From NCBI GenBank assembly GCA_963710605.1, contig CAVQBA010000002.1:160001-224000 (forward strand): a stretch of DNA of 64,000 bases. Direction: 5' to 3'. How positions within the stretch are numbered: position 1 is the first letter of the stretch; the number at the start of each line of letters is the position of its first letter. This DNA comes from an uncultured cyanobacterium (GTDB taxonomy: Bacteria; Cyanobacteriota; Cyanobacteriia; Cyanobacteriales; Cyanobacteriaceae). This document shows, piece by piece, positions 10,861-21,627 of this stretch. Both the position numbers and the translations under genes were made by a program. The notes below the pieces were generated by a model that was not told the origin of the DNA, did not search any database, and worked only from the letters and a program-made list of their open reading frames with translations.

Positions 10861-12216
10861 ATGATAAAACAAGGTGATTTGGTAGATATAGAGATAATTG
10901 ATCTTAGTAGTGAAGGTTATGGCATTGGTAAAGTAGAGCAACAAGTAGTTTTTGTCCCCGATACAGTTACAGACGATCGAGTTTCCACGAGAATTGTTAA
11001 AGTTAAAAAGAAATATGCTAATGGAAAATTAGTTAAACTCAACGAAAAATCAGCTCATCGTATTCGCCCTCGTTGTATAGTTGCCGATAAATGTGGCGGT
11101 TGTTCGTGGCAACATATAGATTATCAATATCAATTACAAATAAAAGAAAATCAAGTTAAAGAAACATTAACCCGTATTGGTGGTTTTGAAGATTTTACCG
11201 TTCAACCAATTTTATCAGACCAAGACCTAAGTTATCGTAATAAAGTCAATTATCCTTTAGGTTTGTCTCAACGAGGTAATATCAAAACAGGTTATTACCA
11301 AAAAGGTAGTCATGATATTGTTAACATTAATCAGTGTCCCATACAAGACGATCGTTTAGATCCATTCTTAGCTGAAATCAAACAAGACTTACAAGAATTA
11401 GGTATTCGGATTTATAACGAAAAAAATGGTAGAGGGCAATTACGTCACCTCTGTTTTAGGATAGGTAAACATACAGGAGAAATATTATTAACTTTAGTTA
11501 GTACAACTCTTAGTGATGATGAATTAGAAAACCAAGCCCAAGAATGGGTTGAGCGTTATCCTAATTTGGTTGGAGTTTGTCTCAACCATAATCCGAAAAA
11601 AACTAATGTCATTTTTGGGAAAACAACTCAACTTTTAGCAGGAAGAGACTACATTAAAGAAGAATTTGCTAACCTTACTTTTCATCTTCGCCCCGATACT
11701 TTTTTCCAAGTAAATACCGTTGTTGCTGAAAATTTATTAGTTAAAATAATTGAACAATTAGATTTAAAAGGTGATGAAATAGTTTTAGATTTATATTCAG
11801 GTATCGGTACATTTAGTTTACCCCTAGCTCAAAAAACTAAGCAAGTAATTGGGATTGAATCTCACCCCGTTTCAGTTGAACAAGCGTCGCATAATGCTGA
11901 GGTAAATGAGATTGAAAATATAGAGTTTATAAAGGGATTGACTGAAGAAATTTTACCGACTCTAGAAATACTTTACCCCGATATTGTTATTCTCGATCCT
12001 CCTCGTAAAGGTTGCCAACCCGAAGTGTTAGAAACTTTAGCCAATGACTTTCAACCAGAAAAGATAGTCTATATTAGTTGTCATCCTGCTACTCTTGCTC
12101 GTGATTTAAAATTATTATGCGAAAATGGTAAATATAAAATAACTTGGGTACAACCTGCCGATTTTTTCCCCCAAACCCCTCATGTGGAAGCAACTGTTAT
12201 TTTACAGAAAAAATAA
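10861..12216 (+). CDS. rlmD: 23S rRNA (uracil1939-C5)-methyltransferase
   Basis: TRAM domain, CxxxxxCGGC, FFQVN, DLYSGIG, DPPRKG, YISC, DFFPQT.HVE; start taken at ATG 10861. Confidence 0.93.
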   Translation: MIKQGDLVDIEIIDLSSEGYGIGKVEQQVVFVPDTVTDDRVSTRIVKVKKKYANGKLVKLNEKSAHRIRPRCIVADKCGGCSWQHIDYQYQLQIKENQVKETLTRIGGFEDFTVQPILSDQDLSYRNKVNYPLGLSQRGNIKTGYYQKGSHDIVNINQCPIQDDRLDPFLAEIKQDLQELGIRIYNEKNGRGQLRHLCFRIGKHTGEILLTLVSTTLSDDELENQAQEWVERYPNLVGVCLNHNPKKTNVIFGKTTQLLAGRDYIKEEFANLTFHLRPDTFFQVNTVVAENLLVKIIEQLDLKGDEIVLDLYSGIGTFSLPLAQKTKQVIGIESHPVSVEQASHNAEVNEIENIEFIKGLTEEILPTLEILYPDIVILDPPRKGCQPEVLETLANDFQPEKIVYISCHPATLARDLKLLCENGKYKITWVQPADFFPQTPHVEATVILQKK

Positions 12217-12284
12217 ATAGTAATCAGTAATTAGCAATTAATTGTCTTTTGAATATTATATTCATTTTGATTAAGTAAGGAAAT

Positions 12285-12448
12285 TATAGTGATTTCTATG
12301 TTTTACTGAAACAGTAATTATAATATTTCAAATGGAAGTATAAAACCCGCCTTGAATTATCATTGCAAGGCTAATAGAATCCGTTTAATGAATTAAACTA
12401 AAATTTAAATTCAAAAATTGTCTCTCAAGTTATTTGTCTAGGACTATA
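12285..12448. mobile_element. MITE-like element with TATAGT...GACTATA termini enclosing a GCCTTG-N-CAAGGC REP-like repeat
   Basis: Termini resemble those of 42974-43135; internal CCCGCCTTG...CAAGGCTAATAG..CCGTTTAATGAATTAAACT. Confidence 0.55.
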
Positions 12449-12520
12449 TATAGTAACTAATAACTGAGTTAAGACATATTAATAAATCCCCCTCCTTTGT
12501 AAGGAGGGGCTAGGGGAGGT

Positions 12521-13169
12521 TTCAATATTTTAATTTTAGTCTGTGAAGGAGATGAATTAAAGGCAGTCACTAAAGGGTTGTCTCATCAGTCAAAAAGTCG
12601 ATGATATCGTGGGTTTACCGATCGGAATCAATGCAGTTAACCAGTTATTCAAAACTATCAATTATTCGGCTGACAAAGCCCTTATTATTGGTTTGGGTGG
12701 TAGTTTATCTAGTTCTTACAAAGTAGGTGATGTGGTAATTTATGAAAGTTGTAGTTACTTTGATAATGGTGAGTTAGTAACGAAAAAATGCGATCGAGAT
12801 TTCAACAATGTATTACGATCGCAATTAAATGCACCGATAGTCAAAGGTTTAACTACAGATAAATTAATTGTTTCTCCTTCACAAAAACAGCTATTACAGC
12901 AACAATCTAACTGTAGTGTAGTTGATATGGAAAGTTATGGGGTAATGAGTTATTTTGATTCTGTCAGTGTTGTTAGAGTTATTAGTGACAATGTCAACGA
13001 TTTTTTACCCGATCTAAATTTAGCGATTAGTGATGATGGTAAATTAAATAAGTGGCGAATGTCGATCGTTTTTCTGACTCAACCACTTAAAGCAATTAAA
13101 CTAATTCGTAATGCCTTAATTAGTCTTAAAAAACTGGAAACAGTTAGTAGAAAAATAGATATTTATTAA
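12521..13169 (+). CDS. Nucleoside phosphorylase-family protein; 5' end frameshifted and abutting a REP-like repeat
   Basis: IGLGGSL...VGDVV, VDMES, VRVISD motifs; upstream FNILILVCEGDELKAVTKGL lies in another frame (shift near 12595). Confidence 0.7.
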
Positions 13170-13331
13170 TTAAAATTAGCTACCAATAATCTCTTATCTC
13201 AAGTTCAGCTCAACAGTTATAGTAAAAAAAATACTCTAGTAATATTTTGTCTATGATAAAGTGTCTGCGATTTGTTCTCTAAGTTTAGTCTGGAGGTAAG
13301 GAAGTTCTAGCATTAATAAGTAAGAGAATAA

Positions 13332-13625
13332 TCATGGATGCCTAGTTAAGGCTTTATGTACCGCTTCTGGCTCTCGGTCAATTACAAATAATAAGGTTCT
13401 AGCAGGGCCAGATGGTACACGCCTACCCTGTTCCCACTCTTGTATAGTTCTGACAGAGACACCAAATTGATTAGCAAAGGTATCTTGAGTCATATTCAGT
13501 TTTTTTCGGATACGTTGGACATTAATTTGTTCGTCTATGTGAACAACCGCACCGTTATTTTCACCCTTTACAAAAGCAAGTGCTTCTTCCATACCTTTAA
13601 TCATACTTTCACCCAATTCACTCAT
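13332..13625 (-). CDS. XRE-HTH antitoxin (HigA-like)
   Basis: IRKKLNMTQDTFA..FGVSVRTIQEWEQGRRVPSGPARTLL; start taken at MSELGE. Confidence 0.9.
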   Translation of the reverse strand: MSELGESMIKGMEEALAFVKGENNGAVVHIDEQINVQRIRKKLNMTQDTFANQFGVSVRTIQEWEQGRRVPSGPARTLLFVIDREPEAVHKALTRHP

Positions 13626-13965
13626 TTTGTTCCCTCTGATAAAATTTAACAATATTAGTAGATAAAGTTTTTAAGACTTTTTTCTCTTTAGCCGTAAGGT
13701 TATCCTTCTGATTCTTGGCATAAATGGTAATCATAAATACAGGTATGTTAATACCACTGAAAAAAGTAATAACCCGATACCCTCCACTTTTTCCTTTACC
13801 TTTAGAAGCTACGCGTAATTTTCGCATTCCTCCTGTACCAACTATTTCATCACCTAAATCTGGATTAGAAGCAATCATATTGATAATGCTTTCACGTTGA
13901 TCGTTTGAGATGCCTAATTGTTTAGCACATCTTATAAATTCGGGCATTTCGACAACACTTTGCAT
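13618..13965 (-). CDS. RelE/HigB-family toxin (toxin-first operon)
   Basis: NPDLGDEI.GTGGMRKLR....KGKSGGYRVI.F...YAKNQK.NL. Confidence 0.9.
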   Translation of the reverse strand: MQSVVEMPEFIRCAKQLGISNDQRESIINMIASNPDLGDEIVGTGGMRKLRVASKGKGKSGGYRVITFFSGINIPVFMITIYAKNQKDNLTAKEKKVLKTLSTNIVKFYQREQNE

Positions 13966-13971
13966 TTCTCT

Positions 13972-14002
13972 ATTTTATACGTCAAAGCCGTATTTATGTC
14001 AA
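13972..14002 (-). promoter_or_regulatory. TA operon promoter with palindromic operator
   Basis: Minus strand TTGACA (14002-13997)-17 nt-TATAAA; inverted repeat ATACG-N7-CGTAT (13977-13993) covering the spacer. Confidence 0.7.
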
Positions 14003-14036
14003 GCTAATTTTTTATGAGCTTATTTATTTTTTCAGC

Positions 14037-14525
14037 CTATTCACGAATATCTTCTGCTAAAGGCATATCACCAGTTAATTCAATATATTTGAGTAAATTT
14101 TTAACTACTTTTATCATTTCTAAATCTGACAATTGCTCTTCTAAATTATCAAGTAAAAGAGCACATCCTCTGGTAATAGCAGGGGTTAAAGAATCTTTAT
14201 CGGTAAAACTAATACGTTCACCAGATTTAGTTGTATGTAATCCAAAATCACCGTCATCAGTAAAAATAATTATTTTTCCTCGGTTTAATTGGTTTATCAA
14301 TCCAGGATTAAGTGAGTAAGATGGAAATAATCTAGCTGAAATTAGCCATACTATTTAACAAGAGTTATGACAATTTTTCTTAGCACCGAAATATTCAAGA
14401 TTTATTTTTAATATTTGACGTATTTTTTCAAAAGCATTACTAGTTGATATTTGTTGATTTTTCAATTGTTCAAGAATTTCTAAAATCAAAGTATTTCCTG
14501 TAACTTTATTTAATATGTTAGACAT
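14037..14525 (-). pseudogene. Hypothetical 162-codon gene interrupted by an in-frame TAA
   Basis: ATG 14525 (MSNILNKVTG...) is in frame with the 14037-14300 ORF; single internal TAA at 14357-14355. Confidence 0.55.
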
Positions 14526-14566
14526 GGTTATTCAAAACTCAAAACTAGCTACAAAAACTTGACAAT

Positions 14567-15955
14567 ATGAAAGACAATCGTAATTTACTAGCCGAACTAA
14601 TTCAACGTTATCGTCACCGAGTTGATTTTCTAAGTATCCGTTTAGAAGAATCTGAAGGTAGTAATATAGTGATTCGTAATGGTGAAACAGAAGCCATCAG
14701 CGAAGGTACATCTATCGGTGGACAAATTAGAGCCGTTTATAAAGGTGGTTGGGGTTTTGCTACTTTTAATGATTTGACTCAACTCAATATTTTAGTTGAA
14801 GATGCGATCGCTACCGCTCGTTTAATCGGTGATGATGAAACTTTACTTGCCCCCGTTACTCCCGTCATCACTACTTGCGAATTACCCCTCACAGGCACTA
14901 ATCCTCGTTTAATTTCCTTAGCCGAAAAAAAACAATTATGCGATCGTTACGATCGTCTTTTACAACAATATCATCCCCAAATAACTAGTACTTCAGTTCG
15001 GTATAATGATAGTCAACAAAAAATTATTTTAGCAACATCAGAAGGTACAAACATAGAACAAAAATGGATTGATAGCGAAATGCGTTTCAGTGCGATCGCA
15101 CTCAATGGTGATGCAGTACAAACAGGTAGAGAAACAACAGGTACAAGAAAAAGTTACCAAGACTTAATTAATTTGGATGCTCAAGTAGAAAGTGCGGCTA
15201 AAAGGGCAGTATCAGCCTTAACCTTACCTTCAGTTAAAGGCAATAACTATACCGTTGTTATTGATCCGATTTTAACTGGATTATTTGTCCATGAAGCATT
15301 TGGACATTTATCTGAAGCAGATATGGCATATGAAAATCCCGACTTATTAGAAGTGATGACAATGGGGCGTAAATTCGGTTCCGAATTTTTACAGATATTT
15401 GATGGGGCAAAACCTCAAGGGCATCGAGGTAGTTATTATTACGACGATGAAGGTGTACCCGCAACCACAACGCAACTAATTAAAGATGGTGTTTTAGTCG
15501 GACGTTTACACTCACGAGAAACCGCAGGTAAATTAAACGAAAAACCTACAGGTAACGCTCGTTGTCTTAATTATCATTATGCCCCTATCGTCAGGATGAC
15601 TAATACTTGGATAGCCAAAGGTGAAACACCCGTAGCTGAATTGTTTAACAATATAAATGAAGGAGTTTATGCTACTAATTGGTTAGGAGGAATGACTAAT
15701 GGGGAGATGTTTACTTTTACTGCGGGGGAATCGTGGATGATTCGTAATGGTAAAATTTGTGAGCCTGTTAAAAATGTAACTCTTTCAGGAAATGTTTTTA
15801 AAACTTTGGCTAATATAGAAGCGATCGGTGATGATTTTTATTGGGATGAATCTGGTGGCTGTGGTAAAGGCGGACAAAGTGGCTTACCTGTCGGTTGTGG
15901 TGGCCCAAGTTTACGCATCAAGGATGTATTAATCGGTGGAGATAATGAAGAATAG
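14567..15955 (+). CDS. tldD: TldD/PmbA family metalloprotease
   Basis: HEAFGHLSEAD, YDDEG, RMTNT, GCGK.GQ..LPV..GGP. Confidence 0.92.
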   Translation: MKDNRNLLAELIQRYRHRVDFLSIRLEESEGSNIVIRNGETEAISEGTSIGGQIRAVYKGGWGFATFNDLTQLNILVEDAIATARLIGDDETLLAPVTPVITTCELPLTGTNPRLISLAEKKQLCDRYDRLLQQYHPQITSTSVRYNDSQQKIILATSEGTNIEQKWIDSEMRFSAIALNGDAVQTGRETTGTRKSYQDLINLDAQVESAAKRAVSALTLPSVKGNNYTVVIDPILTGLFVHEAFGHLSEADMAYENPDLLEVMTMGRKFGSEFLQIFDGAKPQGHRGSYYYDDEGVPATTTQLIKDGVLVGRLHSRETAGKLNEKPTGNARCLNYHYAPIVRMTNTWIAKGETPVAELFNNINEGVYATNWLGGMTNGEMFTFTAGESWMIRNGKICEPVKNVTLSGNVFKTLANIEAIGDDFYWDESGGCGKGGQSGLPVGCGGPSLRIKDVLIGGDNEE

Positions 15956-16191
15956 ATAATAAGCGATAATTATTTTTATGTATAGCACTCGTGAAAAAGG
16001 CAACAAAAGTTAAGAGTTAAAAGTCCAGCCTTGCAATAAATTACAAGGCTAATAGATACCGTTTAATAAATTAAACTCAAATTTATTCCAAAATCAGCCC
16101 TGCCTTTGGCAAGAGGAATTTAGGAGGATTTAGGGGGAACAGTTTGTACTTTAAAACAGTAATAATTGCTATATTAATTGTTAATTATTAA

Positions 16192-16968
16192 TTACAAATT
16201 ATCTTTTTTAAATTTATTAGCTAGTCTTAAAATTTGCCCTGCTAACATTGCCGCCCCAAAACCATTATCAATATTAACAACACCAATACCCGTAGCACAA
16301 GAGTTGAGCATAGTTAATAAAGCCGATAAACCACCAAAGTTACTTCCATACCCAATACTAGTCGGTACAGCAATCACAGGGCAACTAACTAAACCTGCGA
16401 CTACACTAGGTAATGCACCTTCCATCCCTGCTACAACTATCAAAACATCAGCCTCAGCTAATAAATGACGATGACTTAAAAGTCGGTGTATTCCTGCAAC
16501 TCCCACATCCCATAATCTTTGTACTTCAAAGCCACATAATTGGGCTGTCATAGCCGCTTCTTCTGCCACTGCTAAGTCGGCTGTACCCGCAGTCACGATC
16601 GAGATTTTACCTTGATAAATAACTGGATTTTGCCCCAATGCGATGATTCTAGCGACAGGATAATAAATCAGTTCGGGTATAGCGAATTGTAAAGTTTGTG
16701 CTAATTCTGTATCAACCCTTGTTACCATCACCACAGGTGTTTTGGGTTGCATCACCTTAATGATTTTGATGATTTGTTCGGCTGTTTTACCCTGACTCCA
16801 GATAACTTCAGGAAAACCTGTGCGTACTTGTCGATTGTGGTCAATTTTAGCAAAATCTTCGATCGATTCAAAATTGAGATATTTTAATTCTTCCGCTCCT
16901 TGTTGAGGTGATAATTTTCCTTCTGCTATAGCTTTTAAGATATTTTCTAATGAATTACGATCGACCAT
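16192..16968 (-). CDS. larB: Nickel pincer cofactor biosynthesis LarB (CpmA-like)
   Basis: R.GFPEVI...GKT, TAGTAD..VAEEA, DVGVAGIHRLL, AGMEGALPS, VVNIDNGFGAA. Confidence 0.92.
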   Translation of the reverse strand: MVDRNSLENILKAIAEGKLSPQQGAEELKYLNFESIEDFAKIDHNRQVRTGFPEVIWSQGKTAEQIIKIIKVMQPKTPVVMVTRVDTELAQTLQFAIPELIYYPVARIIALGQNPVIYQGKISIVTAGTADLAVAEEAAMTAQLCGFEVQRLWDVGVAGIHRLLSHRHLLAEADVLIVVAGMEGALPSVVAGLVSCPVIAVPTSIGYGSNFGGLSALLTMLNSCATGIGVVNIDNGFGAAMLAGQILRLANKFKKDNL

Positions 16969-17194
16969 ACGTATATAATTGAGAATTGTTCAGTAAGAGA
17001 ATTGATAATTACATATCCCTATTATCGATTGTAATGTTACTTTTAGCATTTAGAATAATGAATAATCATTCTCCATTCTCCATTCTCCATTCTCCATTCT
17101 TTAACCTGCTCATTACTCATTCCTCATTGCCAAGTTCTGATAAGATTGATTTTATTAGCATGATGATCTCATATATATATAATAAAAATCAGTA

Positions 17195-19092
17195 ATGATC
17201 GACTTTCTAGTTCAACATATTTGGTTTATTCCTTTATATGGTCTATTAGGAGCAATTTTGAGTTTTCCTTGGTCATTGGGATTAATACGTAAAACAGGCC
17301 ACGCCCTGCGGCTTATCTCAATATTTTAATGACTTTAATCGCTTTTGTTCACGGTACTATTCTATTAATTAGTCTGTGGAATCAGCCTGCTCAAAGTATT
17401 GTCTTTCCTTGGTTTAGTGTTGCTGAGTTAGATTTATCTTTAGCGATCGAAATTTCGCCGATTAGTAGCTATGCCTTAGAATTAGTCACAGCGATTAGTT
17501 TATTAGCTCAAGTCTTTGCCTTGGGTTATATGGAAAAAGATTGGTCTTTAGCTCGCTTTTTTGGTTTAATGGGCTTTTTTGAAGCGGCTTTGAGTGGTTT
17601 AGCTATTAGTGATTCACTTTTACTTACCTATGGATTACTCGAATTACTCACTCTTTCTACTTATCTATTAGTTGGTTTTTGGTATGCCCAACCTTTGGTT
17701 GTTACCGCCGCACGAGATGCCTTTTTAACTAAAAGAGTAGGAGATATATTATTACTAATGGGTATTGTTGCCTTATCTAGTGATGGTGCTGGGTTAACTT
17801 TTTCTCAGTTACAAGAATGGGCAAGTACTTCTCCAATCAACGAATTGACTGCCACTTTGATCGGTTTGAGTTTAATTGCCGGTCCCACTGGTAAATGTGC
17901 CCAGTTTCCTTTAAATCTATGGTTAGATGAAGGAATGGAAGGACCAAACCCTGCTAGTATCATGCGTAATTCGATCGTGGTATCTGCTGGTGCTTTTGTC
18001 TTAATTAAACTAGAACCTATTTTTACTCTTTCTCCTGTCGCCGCTGATACATTAATAGTATTAGGAGCAATTTCTGCTATTGGCTCATCTTTAATTGCTT
18101 TAGCTCAAATTGATTTAAAAAGAACTTTATCTCATTCTACCAGTGCTTATCTAGGTTTAGTCTTTATTGCCGTCGGATTAGGGCACGTTGATATTGCCTT
18201 TTTAATTCTTCTGAGTCATGGTATTGCTAAAGCCTTATTATTTATGAGTGCAGGTTCAATTATCTTGAATAGTAGCTGTCAAAATATTACCGAAATGGGT
18301 GGTATTTGGTCAAAGATGCCTGCCACTACGATCGCTTATTTGACTGGAAGTTTGGGAATTATTGCTTTATTACCGTCAGGAATGCTGTTAACTTTTGAGC
18401 GTTGGTTTGATGGTAGTTGGAATGTTTCTTGGTGGTTACTCGCTATTATGTTAATCGTCAACGTAGTTAATGCCGTTAATTTTACCCGTGTATTCCGTTT
18501 AGTTTTTCTTGGTAAAAGTTTGCCCAAAACCAAACGTGCGCCAGAATCACCTTGGTCGATGGCTGTGCCGATGGTATCTTTAACTATAGTTACTATCCTC
18601 ATCCCTTTTATGATAGGTGATTATTCTCTTTGGTTAAGCCCTACTTCTCCTGTTTTGGAAAATGATTCGGCTGTAATTAGTTATGCCTTACCTTTATTTA
18701 TTGTTTCGGGAATACTTGGCTGTGTAATCGGCAGTTTAATTAATCTTGGTCGAGGTTGGAATCGTCCTTTACAAAAATCCACTCGTGTGGTACAAGATTT
18801 ACTCGCTTACGATTTTTACATGGAAACAGTCTATGACTATACAGTAGTCGCTTTTGTGAGTAATCTATCACGATTTGCTAATTGGTTCGATCGTTATATC
18901 GTCGATGGTTTTGTCAATTTGGTAAGTTTGGCAACTATTTTTAGCGGTAATGCCCTTAAATATAACACTTCTGGACAATCTCAATTTTATGTTTTAACGA
19001 TCGTCTTTGGTGTAACTTTATTGATGTGGTCTATTTTAAGTGGTCAATGGCAAAATATCATCAATTATTGGTCAGTAATAATTGAGAATTGA
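17195..19092 (+). CDS. ndhF4: NDH-1 subunit F4 (CO2 uptake); 1-nt deletion near 17300 (probable sequence error)
   Basis: ATG 17195 MIDFLVQHIWFIPLYGLLG...KTG continues as (P)RPAAYLNILMT in a shifted frame; KCAQFPL.LWLDE.MEGPNPAS; followed by ndhD4. Confidence 0.88.
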
Positions 19093-19273
19093 GAATTGAG
19101 AATTGAGAATGAAGAATTACTTTCATCTGAAAAAAAAGAATTATATCTATTGTTTTTCGGTCATTATTTTAATAACTAACGTTCGTCTGAATATCAAATA
19201 TTGACAATTTTTTCAAATACCTATTTTTTAAATACACACAATTATTAATTATTAATTATTAATTATAAAAACT

Positions 19274-20758
19274 ATGTTAAGTTTTTTAATTTGGACACCA
19301 GTTATTGGTGCTTTAATCATTTCGTTAATTCCACCTAAAAAAGATAGTGATATTTCGAGAAATATTGCTTTGACTATAGCCGTTATCGGTTTAGTTATTA
19401 ATATAATTATTGGTTTTAACTTTCAATTAAATACCGTCGGTACACAATATACAGAATCAATAAATTGGCTCAGTTGGTTAGGGCTTAGTTATGACTTAGG
19501 AATTGATGGATTGTCTTTTCCTTTAATTTGCTTAAATAGTTTACTAACCTTAATTGCTATTTATATTACTCCAAAAAGTATCGATCGTTCTCGTTTTTAC
19601 TACTGTTTAATCCTAATCTTAAACTGCGGAGTTATCGGTGCATTTTTAGCCCAAAATTTATTACTCTTTTTCCTTTTTTACGAAGTAGAAATTATTCCCT
19701 TATATTTCCTAATTGCTGTTTGGGGTGGTCCGAGAAAAGGGTATGCGGCAATGAAATTTTTACTTTATACTGCCTTATCAGGAATTTTAGTTTTAATTTC
19801 TTTCCTTGGTTTGGTTTGGTTTAGTGGTAGCTCAAGTTTTGCTTATAGCAGTCTGCGAACTCACTCTATTCCCGTCAATATTCAATTACTTTTATTGATT
19901 CCTTTATTGATTGGTTTATTTATTAAAATTCCTATTTTTCCTTTTCATACTTGGTTACCTGATGCTCACGTTCAAGCTAGTACGCCCGTATCTGTGTTAT
20001 TAGCAGGGGTATTATTAAAATTAGGCACTTATGGCTTATTACGTTTTGGAGTTGGTTTCTTCCGAGATGCTTGGTTGATTGCCGCACCCTATTTAGCTAT
20101 CTTGGCAGGTATTAGTGCATTATATGGAGCGGCGTGTGCGATCGCTCAAACAGATATGAAAAAAGTGGTTGCGTATTCATCTATCGCCCATATGTCTTAT
20201 ATCTTACTTGCCGCCGCCGCTACCACCAGATTAAGTTTACAAGCTTGTATTTTACAAATGATTAGTCATGGCTTAATCTCAGGTTTATTGTTTATCCTTG
20301 TTGGTATCGTTTATAAAAAAACAGGTAGTCGTGATGTAGATTATTTAACAGGATTACTTAACCCCGAAAAAGGTTTACCTGTTACTGGTAGCTTAATGAT
20401 TTTAGCAGTAATGGCAAGTTCAGGAATTCCGGGGATGGTAGGTTTTATTTCTGAGTTTTTGGTATTTAGAAGTAGCTTTCCTATTTTTCCTATTTCCACA
20501 ATTCTTTGTCTGATTGGTACAGGATTAACTGCTGTTTATTTCTTATTAATGGTGAATAAAGTCTTTTTTGGACGTTTAACCTTAGAATTAAGTAACTTAC
20601 CCAAAGTATTATGGAGTGAAAGAATACCTGCTTTGTTACTTGCTTTTTTAATTATTGTTTTGGGTTTACAACCTAATTTAATGATTCGTTGGATAAAAGC
20701 AGAACCGACTATGATACTTTATGGGAATACGAATAATCAATTAATAATTAATAATTAA
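19274..20758 (+). CDS. ndhD4: NDH-1 subunit D4 (NuoM family, CO2 uptake)
   Basis: IKIPIFPFHTWLPDAH, LLKLGTYG, LLNPEKGLP; synteny with ndhF4. Confidence 0.88.
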   Translation: MLSFLIWTPVIGALIISLIPPKKDSDISRNIALTIAVIGLVINIIIGFNFQLNTVGTQYTESINWLSWLGLSYDLGIDGLSFPLICLNSLLTLIAIYITPKSIDRSRFYYCLILILNCGVIGAFLAQNLLLFFLFYEVEIIPLYFLIAVWGGPRKGYAAMKFLLYTALSGILVLISFLGLVWFSGSSSFAYSSLRTHSIPVNIQLLLLIPLLIGLFIKIPIFPFHTWLPDAHVQASTPVSVLLAGVLLKLGTYGLLRFGVGFFRDAWLIAAPYLAILAGISALYGAACAIAQTDMKKVVAYSSIAHMSYILLAAAATTRLSLQACILQMISHGLISGLLFILVGIVYKKTGSRDVDYLTGLLNPEKGLPVTGSLMILAVMASSGIPGMVGFISEFLVFRSSFPIFPISTILCLIGTGLTAVYFLLMVNKVFFGRLTLELSNLPKVLWSERIPALLLAFLIIVLGLQPNLMIRWIKAEPTMILYGNTNNQLIINN

Positions 20759-21061
20759 TAATTAATGTTGTCGTGCTGTTTTTATTATCACATTGTCAGT
20801 ATCAAGATTAAGCAGAATTTGTCGATAAACAGGATTTTTTTCTGACGAATTGGTTAACGTAAGTAAAAAACGCCTTGGTTAAAACATGGTACAAAAACGC
20901 TTATCTTTACCATTTAAGGTGGTTTCGTTTCTACTAAAAAAAATAGCAAGCAAGAGCGATTACTATAAGTTTTTTTACTCCCCTCTCCTAACAGGAGAGG
21001 GGTTGGGGGTGAGGTAAAAAATATCTTTATCAATCACTATCAACAAACATCAGGTTAGGAA

Positions 21062-21505
21062 ATGAAAAATGAAGTTGGTAAATGGGCTGAAGAAATTATT
21101 TGTCACTGGTTAACCAATCAAGGATATTTTTTACTTCATTTTCGATGGCATTGTCGTTATGGAGAAATTGATATTATCGCTCAAAATGTTTCTACTTCTA
21201 CGATTATGTTTGTCGAAGTCAAAACTCGTGGTAACAATAATTGGGATAATAATGGTAGAAATGCGATCGATTATAAAAAACAAACTAAATTAAGATTAGC
21301 AGGAGAATCATTTTTAAGTGAATATCCTGCTTTTTCTGTCTGGAATTGTCGTTTCGATGTGGCTTTGTTACATCATCATCGTCAAATTAAAACCACCTCT
21401 TCAATACTCATAGATAAATTAAAAATTCCTTCTGGCTTAAATCAGACAATTAATTATCAAGGTTATCAATTTAAGATTATTGATTATATTGAAAATGCTT
21501 TTTGA
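21062..21505 (+). CDS. YraN/UPF0102 family endonuclease-like protein
   Basis: G..AE, GEIDIIA, FVEVKTR, CRFDV. Confidence 0.9.
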   Translation: MKNEVGKWAEEIICHWLTNQGYFLLHFRWHCRYGEIDIIAQNVSTSTIMFVEVKTRGNNNWDNNGRNAIDYKKQTKLRLAGESFLSEYPAFSVWNCRFDVALLHHHRQIKTTSSILIDKLKIPSGLNQTINYQGYQFKIIDYIENAF

Positions 21506-21627
21506 AACTAAATCTTATTTATGGCTTTTACCATGTTTACAAAATACAACAAAAAATGGTAAGTCCCCCTTACAAAGGGGGATTTAGGGGGATTTATTTA
21601 TTTTTTTTAGTGTCAGTTAGTCAGCCA

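Noticed and set aside
10678-10944. 88-aa minus-strand ORF, and similar ORFs at 16986, 21502, 47351 and 54917
   Set aside because: They run through dispersed or heptamer repeats or lie antisense to real genes; no protein motifs
17067-17100. Heptamer tandem repeats (also ~1280, 19080, 35998, 37150, 57645, 59030)
   Set aside because: Ordinary cyanobacterial short tandem repeats near gene ends
17195-20758. ndhF4-ndhD4 without an adjacent cupB
   Set aside because: cupB is unlinked in several unicellular cyanobacteria; absence from this window is uninformative
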